Source of the DNA: the human T2T-CHM13v2.0 reference genome, Homo sapiens
Reading direction: 5' to 3' (one strand)
Assembly (NCBI RefSeq): GCF_009914755.1
Contig: NC_060947.1
Length of the DNA stretch: 64,000 bases
Below, one piece after another: positions 20,385 through 34,764 of the stretch. Position 1 is the first letter of the stretch. Each line of letters starts with the position of its first letter. The position numbers were made by a program, and so were the translations under genes. The notes under the pieces are model-generated. The model was not told where the DNA came from, searched no databases, and saw only the letters and a list, made by a program, of their open reading frames with translations.

Positions 20385-21197
20385 TTTAATATTTTAAAAA
20401 CTGTGATAAAATACACATAACATAAAATTTACCATTTTATTCATTAAAAAGTGTACAATGTAGTAACATTTAGTACACTCATAATATTGTGCAATGGTCA
20501 CCACTGTCTAGTTCCAGAACATGTTTATTACCCCAAAAGGAAACCCCATGCCCATGAAGCAATCACTCCCCATTTTACCCTTCACCCAGTCCCTGGAAAC
20601 CACTAATTTGCTTTCTGTCCTTATGGATTATCCTGTTGTGGATATTTGATATAAAGGAAATCATATAATATGTGGCTTTTTGTGACTGACTTCTTTAACT
20701 TAGCTTAAAGTTTTTGAGGGTCACCCATGTTGTAGCATACTCATCACTTCATTCCTTTATAGGGATGAATGATATGCCATTGTAAAAATAGACGACATTT
20801 TGTTTATCCATTTATCACTTGATGGACACTCGGGTTTTTTCCACCTTTTGGCTATTGTGAAAAGTGCTGCTATGAGCATTTGTGTATAAGTTTTAGTTTG
20901 AACACCCATTTTATATTCTTTTGAGTAATATACATAAGGAGTGGAGTTGCTGGGTGTGATGGTTAATTTTATGTGTCAACTTGACTAGGCAAAGGGATGC
21001 CCAGATAGCTCCCTTACTAATATACAGGATCACATGATAATTAGATGTTTGGCTTATGGGGGAACTACCCTAGTGTTTTCCACAGTGGCTGCACCATTTT
21101 ACATTTCCACCAGCAGTGTAGGTATGTTCCAATTTCTCCACATCCTCATCAACAATTATTATTTCTCATTTTTCTTGTAGTCACCCTAGTGGGTGTA
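20385..21197 (-). mobile_element. L1MB-like 3' end containing a short MLT2 LTR fragment (~20955-21010)
   Basis: TACACATAACATAAAATTTACCATTTTA...GTTCCAGAACATGTTTATTACCCCAAAAGGAAACCCC; TGTGATGGTTAATTTTATGTGTCAACTTGACT resembles an MLT2 terminus. Confidence 0.8.
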
Positions 21198-22294
21198 ATT
21201 TTCTTACTCTAAATTTCCTCCCATATTCCACATTGGAAGTATGCAATATTGTACAGGGCAAAGATGAAGTACCATATACTATTAGTGCTGGCTGAGGGCC
21301 AAATAGTGGAGGAAGTGCTGTTTGACTTTCATGCCTCTACATTCCCATTCTGTATCCTTCTTTTATCCACCTTTGGTGGTGCCTCTTCTGTTTTCAGGTC
21401 CTTAGTGTCTGCCTTGGTCAAGGTATGACTTATTCACTTTAAGAGACCTGTATAACATCTCACTCATGTTGGGAGTATTTATATTTTAACAGACAAACTA
21501 AACTTCTGAAATTGCCAGCAATTAGCAGGCATCTATTTTAGGAGGCACAGGGTAGACAGTAGGCTTGCTATGAGTCTCTATTATAGATAATGGATGTGAG
21601 CTCACAGTCTGCTGACTGATGCCGAGTGTGAATGATGTTCACATAATAAAGCACATGAAAAGGAGTCAATTGGTCAACTCTCAGGAGGGTAGTCAGTCAT
21701 TCATTTGATAAGAATTGGTCAAATGCTTATTTTGTGCTAGGTACTGGGAGTGGCATTGTGGGTTGAATCTGTACTGCATCCTGATTTCAAGGAGCTTATG
21801 TTAGAGTTGTGTTTACAAGCAGTAGGGCTGATGTTACAGGGACCCACATTATCCTCTGATAAGGCTACCTTGTGACTACTGGACAACATGTATGCAGTAG
21901 CTGACCAGGTATACAAATATAGTCTGTGCTCCTGAAAACAGCAAAATGAACTTAGGAATACTCAAAATGCTCCTGTGACTCATACGCTAAAGTTTTAGGC
22001 CCCTATTGCCCATATCTTAGACCTGAACTGTCCAATACAGTAGTCGTATGTGACCTTCAACACCTAAAATGTGTAGTGCAACTGAGGAACTTATTAAAAT
22101 GAATTTTGATTGATTTATATTTTAAAACTGGTACTTGATTCAGTTATTGGAAAACTTTCACATGCTTGGAACAGCTTGGGCATATGAATCTACTTTGTCA
22201 ACTATAAATGTTATTAGCTCTAAATAGAGATCAAATATTTCCAATGAACATTTAGCATCCAAATTGGGGTGTGCTAGAAATGCACACCACGTTT

Positions 22295-25200
22295 TACAAA
22301 AACAGACATATAGACCAATAGAACAGAATAGAGAAGTCAGAAATAAGATCAAACACCTACAACCATCTGATCTTTGACAAGCCTGACAAAAACAAGCAAT
22401 AGGGAAAGGATTCCCTATGTAATTAATGTTGCTGGGATAACTGGCTAGCTATATGCAGAACATTGAAATTAAACCCCTTCCTTACAACTTACACAAAAAT
22501 TAACTCAAGTTAGATTAAAGGCTTAAATGTAAAACCCAAAACTATAAAAAAAAAAAAAAACCCTAGGAGAAAATCAAGGCAATACCATTCAGAACACAGG
22601 CACGGGCAAATATGTCATGACAAAAACACCTAAAGCAATTGCAACACAAGCAAAAATTGACAAATGGGATGAAATTAAACTAAAGAGCTCTTGCACAGCA
22701 AAAGAAACTATCATCAGAGTAAACAGACAACCTACAGAATGGGAGAAAATGTTTGCAATCTATCCACCTGACAAAGGTCTAATATCCAGGGTCTAAAAGG
22801 AGCTTAAACAAATTTACAAGAAAAAAACAACCCAATTAAAAAGTGGGCAAAGGACATGAACAGACACTTCTCAAAAGAAGACACATATGTGGCCAACAAA
22901 CATGAAAAAAAGCTCAACATCAGTGATCATCAGAGAAATGCAAATTAAAACCACAATGAGAGACCATCTCACACCAGTCAGAATGGTGATTATTAAAAAG
23001 TCAAGAAGTGTCTGTTCATATCCTTTGCCCACTTTTTGATGGGGTTGTTTGTTTTTTTTCTTGTAAATTTCTTTAAGTTCCTTGTAGATTCTGGACATTA
23101 GTCCTTTGTCAGATGGATAGATTGCAAAAATTTTCTCCCATTCCATAGGTTGCCTGTTCACTCGGATGATAGTTTCTTTTGCTGTGCAGAAGCCCCTTAG
23201 TTTAATTAGATCCCATTTGTCAATTTTGGCTTTTGTTACCATTGCTTTTGGTGTTTTACTCATGAAGTCTTTGCACATGCGTATGTCCTGAATGGTATTA
23301 CCTAGGTTTTCTTCTAGGATTTTTATGGTTTTAGGTCTTAATGTTTAAGTCTTTAATCTATCTTGAGTTAATTTTTGTATAAGGTGTAAAGAAGGGGTCC
23401 AGTTTCAGTTTTCTGCATATGGCTAGCTAGTTTTCCCAACTATAGGGAATCCTTTCCCCATTTCTTGTTTTTGCCAGGTTTGTCAAAGATCAGATGGTTG
23501 TAGATGTGTGGCATTATTTCTGAGGCCACTGTTCTGTTCCATTGGTCTAGATCTCTGTTTTGGTACCAGTACCATGCTGTTTCAGTTACTATAGCCTTGT
23601 AGTATAGTTTGAAGTCAGGTAGCGTGATGCCTCCAGCTTTGTTCTTTTGGCTTAGGATTGTCTTGGCTACATGGGCTCTTTTTTGGTTCCATATGAAATT
23701 TAAAGTAGTTTTTTCTAGTTCTGTGAAGAAAGTCAGTGGTAGCTTAATGGGGATAGCATTGAATCTATAAATTACTTTGGGCAGTTTGGCCATTTTCACC
23801 ATGTTGATTCTTTCTATCCATGAGTATGGAATGTTTTTCCATTCGTTTGTGTCTTCTCTTATTTCCTTGAGCAGTGGTGTGTAGTTCTCCTTGAAGAGGT
23901 TCTTCACATCCCTTGTAAGTTGGATTCCTAAGTATTTTATTCTCTTTGTAGCAATTGTGAATGGGAGTTCATTCATAATTTGGCTTTCTGTTTGTCTATT
24001 ATTGGTGTATAGGAATGCCTGTGATTTTTGCACATTGATTTTGTATCCTGAGACTTTGCTGAAGTTGCTTATCAGCTTAAGATTTTGGGCTGAGACGCTG
24101 GGGCTTTCTAAATATACAATCATGTCTTCTACAAACAGAGACAATTTGACTTCCTCTCTTCCTATTTGAATATGCTTTATTTTTTTCTCTTGCTTGATTG
24201 CCCTGGCCAGAACTTCCAATACTATGTTGGATAGGAGTTGTGAGAGAGGGCATCCTTGTCTTGTGCCAGTTTTCAAAGGGAATGCTTCCAGCTTTTGTCC
24301 ATTCAGTATGATATTGGCTGTGAGTTTGTCATAAATAGCTCTTATTATTTTGAGAAGACATTTATGCAGCCAACAAACATATAAAAAAAAGCTCATCATC
24401 ACTGGTAATCAGAGAAATGCAAATCAAAACCACAATGAGATACCATCTCATGCCAGTTAGAATGGCGATCATTAAAAAGTCAGGAAACAACAGATGCTGG
24501 AGAGGGTATGGAGGAATATAAATGCTTTTACACTGTTGGTGGGAGTGTAAATCAGTTCAACCATTGTGAAAGACAGTGTGGCGATTCCTCAAGGATCTAG
24601 AACCAAAAATACCATTTGACCCAGCAATCCCATTACTGGGTATATACTCAAATGATTATAAATCATTCTACTGTAAAGCCACATGCACACGTATGTTTAC
24701 TGCAGCACTATTCACAATAGCAAAGATTTGGAACCAACCCAAATGCCCATCAATGATAGACTGGATAAAGAAAATGTGGCACATATACGCCATGGAATAC
24801 TATGCAGCCCTAAAAAAGGATCAGTTCATGTCCTTTGCAGGGACATAGTTGAACCTGGAAACCATCATTCTCAGCAAACTAACACAGAAACAGAAAACCA
24901 AACACCATGTGTTCTCACTCATAAGTGGGAGCTGAACAATGAGAAGACATGGACACAGGGAGGGGAACATCACACACCAGGGCCTATTGGGGGGTGGAGG
25001 GCTAGGGGAGGGATAGCATTAGGAGATATACATAATGTAGATGGTGGGTTGATGGGTGCAGCAAACCACCATGGCAAGTGTATACCTATGTAGTAAACCT
25101 GCACCTTCTGCACATTTGTCCCAGAATTTAAAGTATAATTTTAAAAAAGTCAAGAAACAGCAGATGCTGGTGAGGATTCAGAGTAAAAGGAACACTTTTA

Positions 25201-25866
25201 CACTGTTGGTGGGAACGTAAATTAGTTCAACCATTGTGGAAGATAGTTTGGCGATTCTTCAAAGATCTAGAAGCAGAAATACCATTTGACCCAGCAATCC
25301 CATATACTGGGTATATGCCTAAAGGAATATAAATCATTCTATTATAAAGATACATGTGTGTGTATGTTCATTCCAGCACTATTCACAATAGCAAAGACAT
25401 GGAATCCACCCAAATGCCCATCAGTGATAGATTGAATAAAGAAAATGTGGTATATATATATGTGTATACATATATATATACCATGAAATACTGTGTGGCC
25501 ATAAAAAAGAAGGATATTGTATTCTTTGCAGGGACATAGATGGAGCTGGAAGCCATTAACCTCAGCAAACTAACACAGGAACAGAGAACCAAACGCTGCA
25601 TGTTCTCCCTTATAGCTGAATGATGAGACCACATGGACAGGGTTGGGGGATGGGGGTGGAAACAACACACACTGGGGCCTATTAGGGGTGGAGGTGGGGG
25701 TAGATAGAGCATCAGCAAGACAGCTAAGGGATGCTGGGCTTAATACCTAGGTGACGGGTTGATCTGTGCAGCAAACAACCATGGTACACGTTTACCTATG
25801 TAACAAACCTGCACATCCTGCACATGTACCCTAGAACTTAAAATAAAAGTTGAAGGGGGAAAAAAA
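22295..25866 (+). mobile_element. 5'-truncated older L1PA (about PA8-PA13): 22295-23007 plus 25144-25866; host of a nested L1
   Basis: ORF2 3' text is continuous across the TSD (ATTAAAAAGTCAAGAA|ACAGCAGATGCTGG); 3'UTR and A tail at ~25840-25866. Confidence 0.9.
23008..25143 (+). mobile_element. Nested 5'-inverted (twin-primed) L1PA, about PA7/8: inverted part 23004-24355, direct part 24353-25143
   Basis: TSD AAAAAGTCAAGAA at 22995-23007 and 25144-25156; minus-strand ORF2 pieces 23440-24402 then plus-strand 3' end. Confidence 0.92.
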
Positions 25867-26179
25867 TAAGTACCTATCAGGTTTCAGAAGCTTATTATAA
25901 AAGAGGAATGTAAATTGGCTCTTTAATAATTTATACATAGATTACAGAGTGAAATATGATTTTGAATTTGTTTAGAAAAATTATTAATAATATTAAAATC
26001 AATTTCTGTGATTTTCTTTTAATTTTTGAGAATGTGGCTGCTAGAAAATTTTAAATTACTTCTGTGACTCACAATGTGATTGTGTTTCTACTGAATAACA
26101 CTGCTCTACAAGATTAGGGTTATCTGAATCTATGTTTCTTTTACTGTAATATATGCATCTTTTCTTTGTTTTCATTTTA

Positions 26180-26697
26180 CTCCACCTTTATTAAGGTATA
26201 ATTGACAAAAATTTGTATATATTTATAGTGTACAGTGTGATGTTTTGATATATGTACACGTTGTGAAATAATTTTCACAATCAAGCTGATTAACATATCT
26301 ATCACCTCACATAGTTATCGTTTTTGTGTGTGGTGAGAATATTTATGATCTACTGTCTTAGCAGTTTTCAAGTATGCCATGCATTATTATTAGCTATAGT
26401 CATCATACTGTACAATAGATATCCAGAACTTATTTATCCTGTGTAACTGAAATTTGATACCCTTTAATCAACATCTCCCTATTCTTCACCCCTGCTCCCA
26501 GTCCCTGTCAACCACTATTTTACTCTCTGCTTCTATGAATCCAAACTTTCTAGATTCCACATATAAGTGAGACTATGTGGTTTTTATTTTTCTCTGCCTG
26601 TATTATTTCACTTAAGTTAATGTCCTCCAAGTTCATACATGTCACAAATGATGGAATTTGCTTCTTTAAGGCTGAATAGTATTCCATTGTGTGTGTA

Positions 26698-26756
<59 letters not shown>

Positions 26757-26845
26757 TAAACCTTCTTTATCCCTTCATCTGTTGATGGACACTTAGTTTG
26801 ATTATATCCTGGCTATTGTGACTAGTGCTGTAATGAACATGCAGG
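26180..26845 (-). mobile_element. L1MA-like 3' end with a (TG)n(TA)n microsatellite at 26688-26754
   Basis: TTTATTAAGGTATAATTGACAAAAATTTGTATATATTTATAGTGTACA...TAGATTCCACATATAAGTGAGA. Confidence 0.88.
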
Positions 26846-28099
26846 TAGATTTGGAGTAAAACTCCCCCTTTGGCATTCCACCTTCTTTCATCACAACTCC
26901 CAGGGATACCATCACCTTGCCACGCTTCTCGAGGCTGACATCCAGCAAATGGTAAATACATGAAGAAACATCTGGGACTTTCTCACAGCCCTCTTTCTAA
27001 ATACATTTTTTCCCTTTCGGTCCATGGCCAGGTTCACTTATAATTCCAATACACTCAAGTCATGCTCCCCTAGGCTTTACTTAAGTGACAAAACCATCCA
27101 ATAGAGTAATTTATACTAAAATGATCTTAGTTTGATATGTTCTTCCTCTCAAGGGTATTTGCATTTTAAAATTTACTGCCTGCAGAGAGCAACAGTTAAC
27201 TCAAAGGGAAGAATTTAAGAGTGATATTTTGAACACTATGACTAGTAAACTTGATCTAGTTTCCTAGTTATAAACAAAACAAACAGATAAAAATCTTAGG
27301 TCTTCCTCCATACATTCTCTTCCTGTTCCCCATCTTCTTCTCCCTGAGTAAGTAGCCATTGATAGAAAAATGATCCTTGACTTTAGGTAAATTTATCTGT
27401 TTCATACGGTAAAGTGAAATATTTATGATCAATCAGAGGTAAGGTTGGAAACAAATTAATGTGCCTTTTATTTCTTTCTTTGTTCTAGATATGATAATAA
27501 TGAGCAGTTTCTCTTTCATAAGACTGTCAGCTCCTCTAGGGTTGGCTGCCTGGAATTGGAAATACCAAATAAGCGTTCAGTCAATTCATTTGATTTTATT
27601 ATGAGCTCATTAAAAAAATACAACCACTCTCAGTAGAGCACAACTTATTAGCCCAAAGAATCCAGCGGAAGGTATTGGTCCATTCTTTAGTCTTCACAAA
27701 GAGATTTATAGCTGAAAGAACTAGAAGACTGTTCTGCTGTACAACCTACAGCATGTACTTCTATCTCTTCATTTTATTAGGAAATATTGAATATGTTATC
27801 ATAAGTATAACAAGGTGGATGTTGTTTCTCCCAGTGTAAGGATAAACATGTAATCTAATTATGTTTATGAATTTTTCTTACTTACTTGAAATTATCTCTT
27901 TTGATAGAAGACTGATACGTTGAATTGTTCTCTGAAAGTCGACAGGGAGTGAAAGAATTTAAGCTTCTCTTCTTTAGGTTGAAATGGGAGGACCCCTTTG
28001 AACTGGAAAAGGAGGAACTGTCTTAGGAGTTTGTAAATATATTGTACCTATCAAGAGTACAGGAATGTGATTTTGGAGTATCCCGGAGAGTGCTTATTT

Positions 28100-28230
28100 T
28101 ACTGCCCCATTGCCAATGGAAAACTTGAGACAGAATAGGGTTAAGCAGTTTCCCAGTGTTCCACAGTAAATTGGCAGTTGAATTGGGATTAGAATCTAGG
28201 TCTCCAAACCTTGGGGACTTCTCTATTAGC
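28100..28230 (-). mobile_element. MIR relic
   Basis: CCCCATTGCCAATGGAAAACTTGAGACAGAATAGGGTTAAGCAGTTTCCCA. Confidence 0.55.
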
Positions 28231-31200
28231 TCAGATCATGTACGGCTCAGCAGTTTCTTTCACAAGATCCTCCTGACATGACACATGCCATCAGTCTTAT
28301 TTTATAACAGATGTTTTGAGGGTGGAGCAGATGGTCTCTTCCCTTCACCCTCCCAGCCCTTGACTCCAGAGAGTCAGAACATGTCAGATATGGCACTCAT
28401 AGCCTTCTTTCCCCCGGGGTCTATCTCCCTTTCTGCTCATCCTTCTCATATGCTCATCTTTCCCATAATCAAGAAAATGCTGTTCCTATGGTTTCCTTTT
28501 TTGATGAGGCTATGTACTTTTCCCATCAAGTTTTTTTTTTTTGTCATTTATGTTCTTGTTGTCCTGACTTTCCTTTAATTTTTGTAGAAGACAGCATTGT
28601 CTAGTTGGTGGGAAGAACACCGTCCTCTAAGACACTGGCCTCCACATCACATTATGACTCTTAATATAATGAATGACCTATGGCCAGTTGCTTTCTACCT
28701 TTGTGTTGTGTACATTTTGGACTATCTTTGGTCCCCTGGAGTACTTCCTTGGGGAGCCACTGTCCTAGAGTACTTAGAAATTTGGAGAAAAAGATCAAGG
28801 CCTCATCAACAAGTTCCAGATGCTCCACTATCTTTGTCACCCATGGTTTACGTGCAGCTTGCTCTCTGTATTACCATTTTTATTCTTCAATGCTTTTCTA
28901 CTATATTTTGCTGCTTTAATGTTGTTAAATGGGCTTCTGACATTTATTTCTTTTTTCTAGCTAACCAGAGAACTTTACGTCCTGAGGGAACCCAGTATTA
29001 GATATATATGTGTGCATTTATACGTACACACATGTGCGTGTGTGCCTGCATGCACGTGTGTTCATGCACTTCTACAAATTTCAGTGAATTGTATTTAATG
29101 GCAGAAACATTGACTCTGGTGTCATAGATGCTTTTATTTACCAGCCTTGACATATACAAGCTGTGTGACTGTGGGCAGGTCATTCTACCTGTTCTGTACA
29201 GACACCCAGGAAATCACTGCTGCTGTGGAGAAGCAATTGAATACACAAGCTGTGTTAAAAACAATGAAAACCAAAAAGAAGAAAGAAGTTTCTTCACTTG
29301 TGAACCATTGCCCCAAGGATGGAATAACTGCCAACTGATCCATCCCCTTGCCTCAAAGTGAGCAGTCCTGAGTAGATTGAGCAGCTAGGTTCATGTGAAC
29401 TTGTCCCATTCTGGGAAATCCTCTAAGGGAAACTAGTCAGTTTTCCTTTCAATGCTGCAGACAAACTACCTCATTTACATGTTAATGCAAGAAATGAATG
29501 GAAATGATGGCCATTTGCTTCTGACCATAGCCAGAATCATTTAGTTTTTTTTTTTTAATTTTGCTATGTTATTACTAACAAAACAGCCTTATAATTAATC
29601 CCAATGTACTTTCCTGTATTGGGCTGAATGGGTATAATCAGAATGACAATGTAGAATTATAAACTGAAAGATTCTTATTTTCCTGGTGAGTTTATCATGA
29701 AGCCCTCCTGTGCCTTTTTGCCGTAACATAGTGCAACACTTTTATCTGCAGCCAGTAACAGGCCTTGTTTTTATCTTCTATCCTAACTTGGGATTCAGTT
29801 GCCTTTTACTCTCTGTTTATCTCTGTTTGAGGAAGTGCAGAATGCAGATGGCGAATGTTGATTCTCCTTGGACATAACCTTGAAGTTGGACCCTAGAGGG
29901 TCCTAGGAATTTTCCAATTATTTATTCCAATGTTAACATGTTTTATGATCTCCCTGGGCTTTTCTCTCCTCACAGTAACTCTGGTTAGGAGATTGGATTA
30001 AGTGATCTCTCATTAAGTGAACACCATTGCCCTTGGTTTCTTAATTTGGCCACTAGCCAACATCTGTCCCTTTCTACCTTGGGGTCTAAAGTCTCTCATC
30101 TTTATATCCAAAGATGATTCTGAGATTCCAAGTAAGAAAAGTCTATTTAAAACAATTGAAGGGACCAATTTGTTTTAAACATTTCATCTTATTTTGTCAT
30201 TGCTTTATCCACTTTTCAGTCTTTTAAAATAAATACTGGTATAATGGCAGCAAAATCTTGTGAGAATATCATCTCTCCTAAATGTACAACTTCCTTGAAA
30301 TATGCTGACTTTTGTATGGTCCTAGAACTAGAGGAAATTTATGAGGGCTTTGAACCCAGCTTCTATTTTTAAGGCTTCTTCCTCTAAATTCTCCATGATA
30401 GATGATTGCTCACTAGGGGTGGAAAATTTTATAATAACATTTGATGGCCTATTCCAATGTCTGGACAGTTGTTCAGTGGATACTCCTAAGACATTGCTGT
30501 GTTACACTGAAAATCACATTAGACTTTTGCTCTTCTAATTTGTTTGAGTTTACAAAACACCAGCCAATATTCTGTTCACAGAGCCACAGATGTGAGGGCT
30601 GTATCATGTATCACCAGAGTTGATTCACCTGCTCTAGCTGACTAGAAGGCTGTCCCCTTCCTCCCTCACTTCTCTGCACTTAGCCAAAGAGGACAATCTT
30701 TTCAGATACTTACAGTGTTATTTGTATGCCAATTGGTACTTGGTAGCAATACTAAGCAAGCATCAGCCTGTAAGCTTGAGTTCACAAAAGTCGTTATACT
30801 ACATTAGAATATGCAAGGGTTTGAGTTCTCACAAGGACCAGAAGGGCTGCATAATGATGCCGTACTGCCTATGTTGACTCCTGTGGAATGCATTTTGTGT
30901 ACAGTTTTCTAATGATGCTCTAGGGACTTTCCATTCCATTAGTCCTTTGGCACCTTCTAATATATTTACTGACTTAGGACATGCCTCAATGCCCCCCAAA
31001 AGGGTTAGAATTGGTTTCCATGGGCAAGGCTGCTTGGTGGGTAATTTAATTCTTTGGAAGTTTTTCATGCTGGTCCTCTGTTAATTTCCACAATTTTCAA
31101 TGTTCTCTGTGAGTGTCATCACAAGGAGAAAAATTGAGAGAACCTTGAACATTGCTTTATTTCTTCTACACTCTTGAATGTGGAGGAAATAAAAAGATGG

Positions 31201-31984
31201 TTGGTTGTCCCAAACCTGGCTTTGGATCATAGGGTCCCAATTTGCTTCTCAAACCTCTTTTCTTCTCATTTCCTGCACTCTGGGCACCAGGGATCTTCCC
31301 ACCACAGGCTTTCACACCTGTTTTTTTTTTTTTTTCCTGTTTCTCTGTTTTTGATGCTTTTTTTCTTCCTTATTATTTGGCAATTCTCTCATTTGCCCAG
31401 CTAGCTCTATGGTTTTGACTTAAATGTCACCTCCTCAAAGCTGCCTTTCTTAGCTCTAGCGATTATGTCAGGCCTTTCCGGACCATTTATCTCCTTAGTT
31501 GCATTTGTCAGAGAGGAAAATTATATCTTTACTTGCAATATCTCTTCACATGGTGAAGAATAGAGCACAGCAAAGCTACCCTCAGAGGCAGATGCTCAGT
31601 CAGGCAAAGGGATCTGCTTTTCTGTAGCTCATGATATTAACACATTTCTGGATGTTTATTGGGCCACTCAAACCTGGCATTAAATCCATGAATGGCAACA
31701 GTCTTTGAGGGTCTGCTGAGTGACTTTAACCTTAATGACAAATTGAGGAACATTTGATCCATTTGATATCAAATTAAATTAATGATTATTTGCCAAACAC
31801 CTATGAGTAGTATTGTGTTAAGTGCCTTGAGGTAAAAAAAAATTATAGAACCTGCTACCTACCTTGTGATCTGGTTGTGTAAGCCTGCGATCTGGTTAAG
31901 ATGAAACAAACTTCATACTCAAAAAATTAGCAACTTCCCCTCCCCTGGTGATTACACAAGTCCTCTCTTCTTGAATATGAGCAT

Positions 31985-32375
31985 GAGCTATCACTTGCTT
32001 CTAACCAATAGAATATGGCAAAGGTGACAGCCCCTACATGATTACATGTATGTGATTGCATAATCTAGACTGTATTGCTTGAGTCTATTTTTCTGTTGCT
32101 AACTTTGAAGAACTAAGCTGTGATAAATCCCATGGCCAACTGCAAGGAAATGAGTTCTGTTAACAAACTGAGGCACACTGGAAGTAGGTCCCTCCCCAGT
32201 CAGGATTTCAGATGAGATCCCAGTCCCGGACTGCAACTTTGTGAGAAACCCTAAGCAAAAAGCCCAGGTAGGCTGAGCCCAGACTCCTGATGCACAGAAA
32301 CTGTGAGGTAATACATGTGTGTCATTTTAAGCCTTTGAATTTTTGGTAGTTGTTACATATCACAGAAAACCAACA
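31985..32375 (+). mobile_element. MLT1 (MaLR) LTR
   Basis: ACTTGCTTCTAACCAATAGAATATGGCAAAGGTGA...CCAGACTCCTGATGCACAGAAACTGTGAGGTAATACATGTGTGTCATTTTAAGCC...AACCAACA. Confidence 0.8.
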
Positions 32376-32414
32376 TTGCTATCTAATAATTATTTGCATG
32401 ATCAGAATCAAATG

Positions 32415-32560
32415 CTTATCCCCCACATTTTATGAGTTTCTTATGGACAGGAACCATGTCTCTCTCTTTTATTGCTCTATCCTCTATGCGTATGACAATG
32501 CCAGGCAGAGTTGCCACTAAATAAATATTTGTTGAGTAAATTTATGAATAAATAAACAAA
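32415..32560 (+). mobile_element. L2 3' end
   Basis: ACAATGCCAGGCAGAG...AATAAATATTTGTTGAGTAAAT-ATGAAT tail. Confidence 0.6.
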
Positions 32561-34190
32561 TAAATTGGAATGTCAAACTTAGTTCAGGGCACCACATGTG
32601 AAGATACATTTAGCAAATTTTACAATCTTTAGTGCAAAGCCACAATAATTAAGGTAAGATGTGTGGAAACCATGGCATGTGAGGAACAGTTAAGACAATT
32701 GCAGATACTTGGGTGAAGAAGTAAGAACATCAGATGGGAAGTAATTACTAGGGCTCAGACATGTAAAGATGTGTCCCATGGAAAAGAAGCCCTGCCCATG
32801 CACTGTTGCAACCCCATAGGTTAGTTGAACTTGGAAGCCAATGAGTGGGAGATATTGGAAGACAAATTTTGCTTGGTGTAAGGAAGAGTGTGTTTATGGT
32901 GATGGTAGTGTGGTTAACAATTATAGCTGCTTTTTGCTCCATGAGGTAGTAGTGAGTTCCATTTCACTGGAGGTGCTTAATCGGAGAAAGGCAACCACTT
33001 TTTAAGGATGTAGTAAAGAGGACCTCTTCATTTAAAATGCTTATTGTACAGTTAGGGAAGAGGACAGATACAGAAGATACATATTAACAAGACACTATGC
33101 TAAGTGTCAAATGAGATACAGACAACAAATCAAATATACACTATTTTAGAGAAAGAAGTTGTCCTGAAGGCCAAGCAATTAAAGAGGACTTTGTAGAGGA
33201 GACTGTATTTGAAAGAAGAGTAAGTGTTGGATAAATGAATCCAATAAGTGTGGGATATTTCATACATGAGTAATAGCATGGACAAAAGGGAAAAGCACAT
33301 TCCAGTCTACAAATTACTAGGCCCACCTAGCCATCTCCTGTTTAAAATCACAATGAGCTGCATTCTCTATCTTTGCTTACCAAGTATTTCTGCAGGTGCT
33401 CTGCCCAGGTACCTCCCGTCTTTGTATTCATACACCTCAACTTCTTTCTGAGCCTAGAAGTGCATAGACTACCAGAAGCTATTGGTAGATGTGTGTCTTT
33501 GGTTTTTTTTTTCAATTATAGAAGAGACTATGTCAGAGCACACTAGCTGAAAACACAGTCATTAGTCATGTGCTTTCCCAGCCTAAGCAGTGAATTAATG
33601 TGAAATTTGAACACATTTCTTAGCGTCTTGATTTTTTAATTTCTGCTACAAAATGATAATGCTTCTGGGTTTCTCATTGAAACCTCAGGGTGCTGAGTAT
33701 TAACTAAAGAGAAATAGCAGTTACTGGCACACTCTGTGTTTATTCTATTACCAAAGATGTCACCAACAAAAACAAATCCTAGACCTTCATTCTCATCCAC
33801 TATAGTGGGTTCTTTAAAGAGCTAGGATGCCAGGGAGGGAATTGATGAAGACTAGTGATGAAGTATTACTTCTTCAGATGAAAAAAAGAGCTCCTCCCAT
33901 TTCAAAATAAATTCTTGCCTTCTAACATTAGGTAAGTTACTGATTTATGGAGTAGTTTTTGACAACACTGAGGCTTAAAACTCTCTTCACAGCATGGATA
34001 CCAGCAGCCTGAACTTTTCCCTACCCTATTTTAGGAACTTTGACCCCAGAGGATCATCCTCTTACTCTCCAAAAGGAAACGCCTATTTCATTTTATGCTG
34101 GCAGAACATTTTAAAGCTAAATAATGTAATTTAATGTCACCTATCTGGAAAAATATCCATTTGAGTAACAGCCAGATCTTTCTAAATATA

Positions 34191-34192
<2 letters not shown>

Positions 34193-34228
<36 letters not shown>
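34193..34228. repeat. Poly-T tract (~36 nt)
   Basis: Direct reading. Confidence 0.9.
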
Positions 34229-34231
<3 letters not shown>

Positions 34232-34764
34232 GATTTAAAATTTAGAACTGTCTTTTATTGAGGAAGAGGAAGGCTGTGTCTGGGCCCCTAAATGAATGGC
34301 CTTTATTTAAAACCTTTCTCCATATTAACTTCCTTTGACTTTCATGTCAATCTAGAAGACTTCATGAAGTAGTTGTTGCTGATATTTATATTTTTATCCC
34401 TGAAGTCAGGCAGACTCCTTACACTCTCTTAACTTAGATGAGGTAAACTGCCTTATTATCATGAGCTATTTTTGATGGAATGGGCTTCAATCCCATAGAA
34501 TAAACACAATTACTAATTGAAGGCCAGGGTGTAACCATAGGGCTGTTGCCACTAAAGGCAAATGGGGAGGTCTGTACGAGCACTACAAAACAAAGAGATG
34601 AATATAGGTGGGCCAATAGTGAGAGAGTGAAAATTCAATCTCTACTATTTGAGCTAACCTAAATAAGTTTGATCTGGCAACACCTAGACTGGCAGATAGA
34701 TATCCTCCTACTAGGTAAAGCACGGTTCTTCAATGATGAAACACCATTCTTTAGTATTGAAACA

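Larger units (their letters stand above)
22022..26105. mobile_element. MER33/MER3-like hAT DNA transposon (22022-22290 and ~25870-26105) split by nested L1s
   Basis: CTGTCCAATACAGTAG start; AATGTGGCTGCTAGAAAATTTTAAATTAC...AATAACACTG end. Confidence 0.6.

Noticed and set aside
28285-29361. Cluster of 60-134 aa ORFs
   Set aside because: Low-complexity, hydrophobic translations of T-rich DNA; no homology recognised
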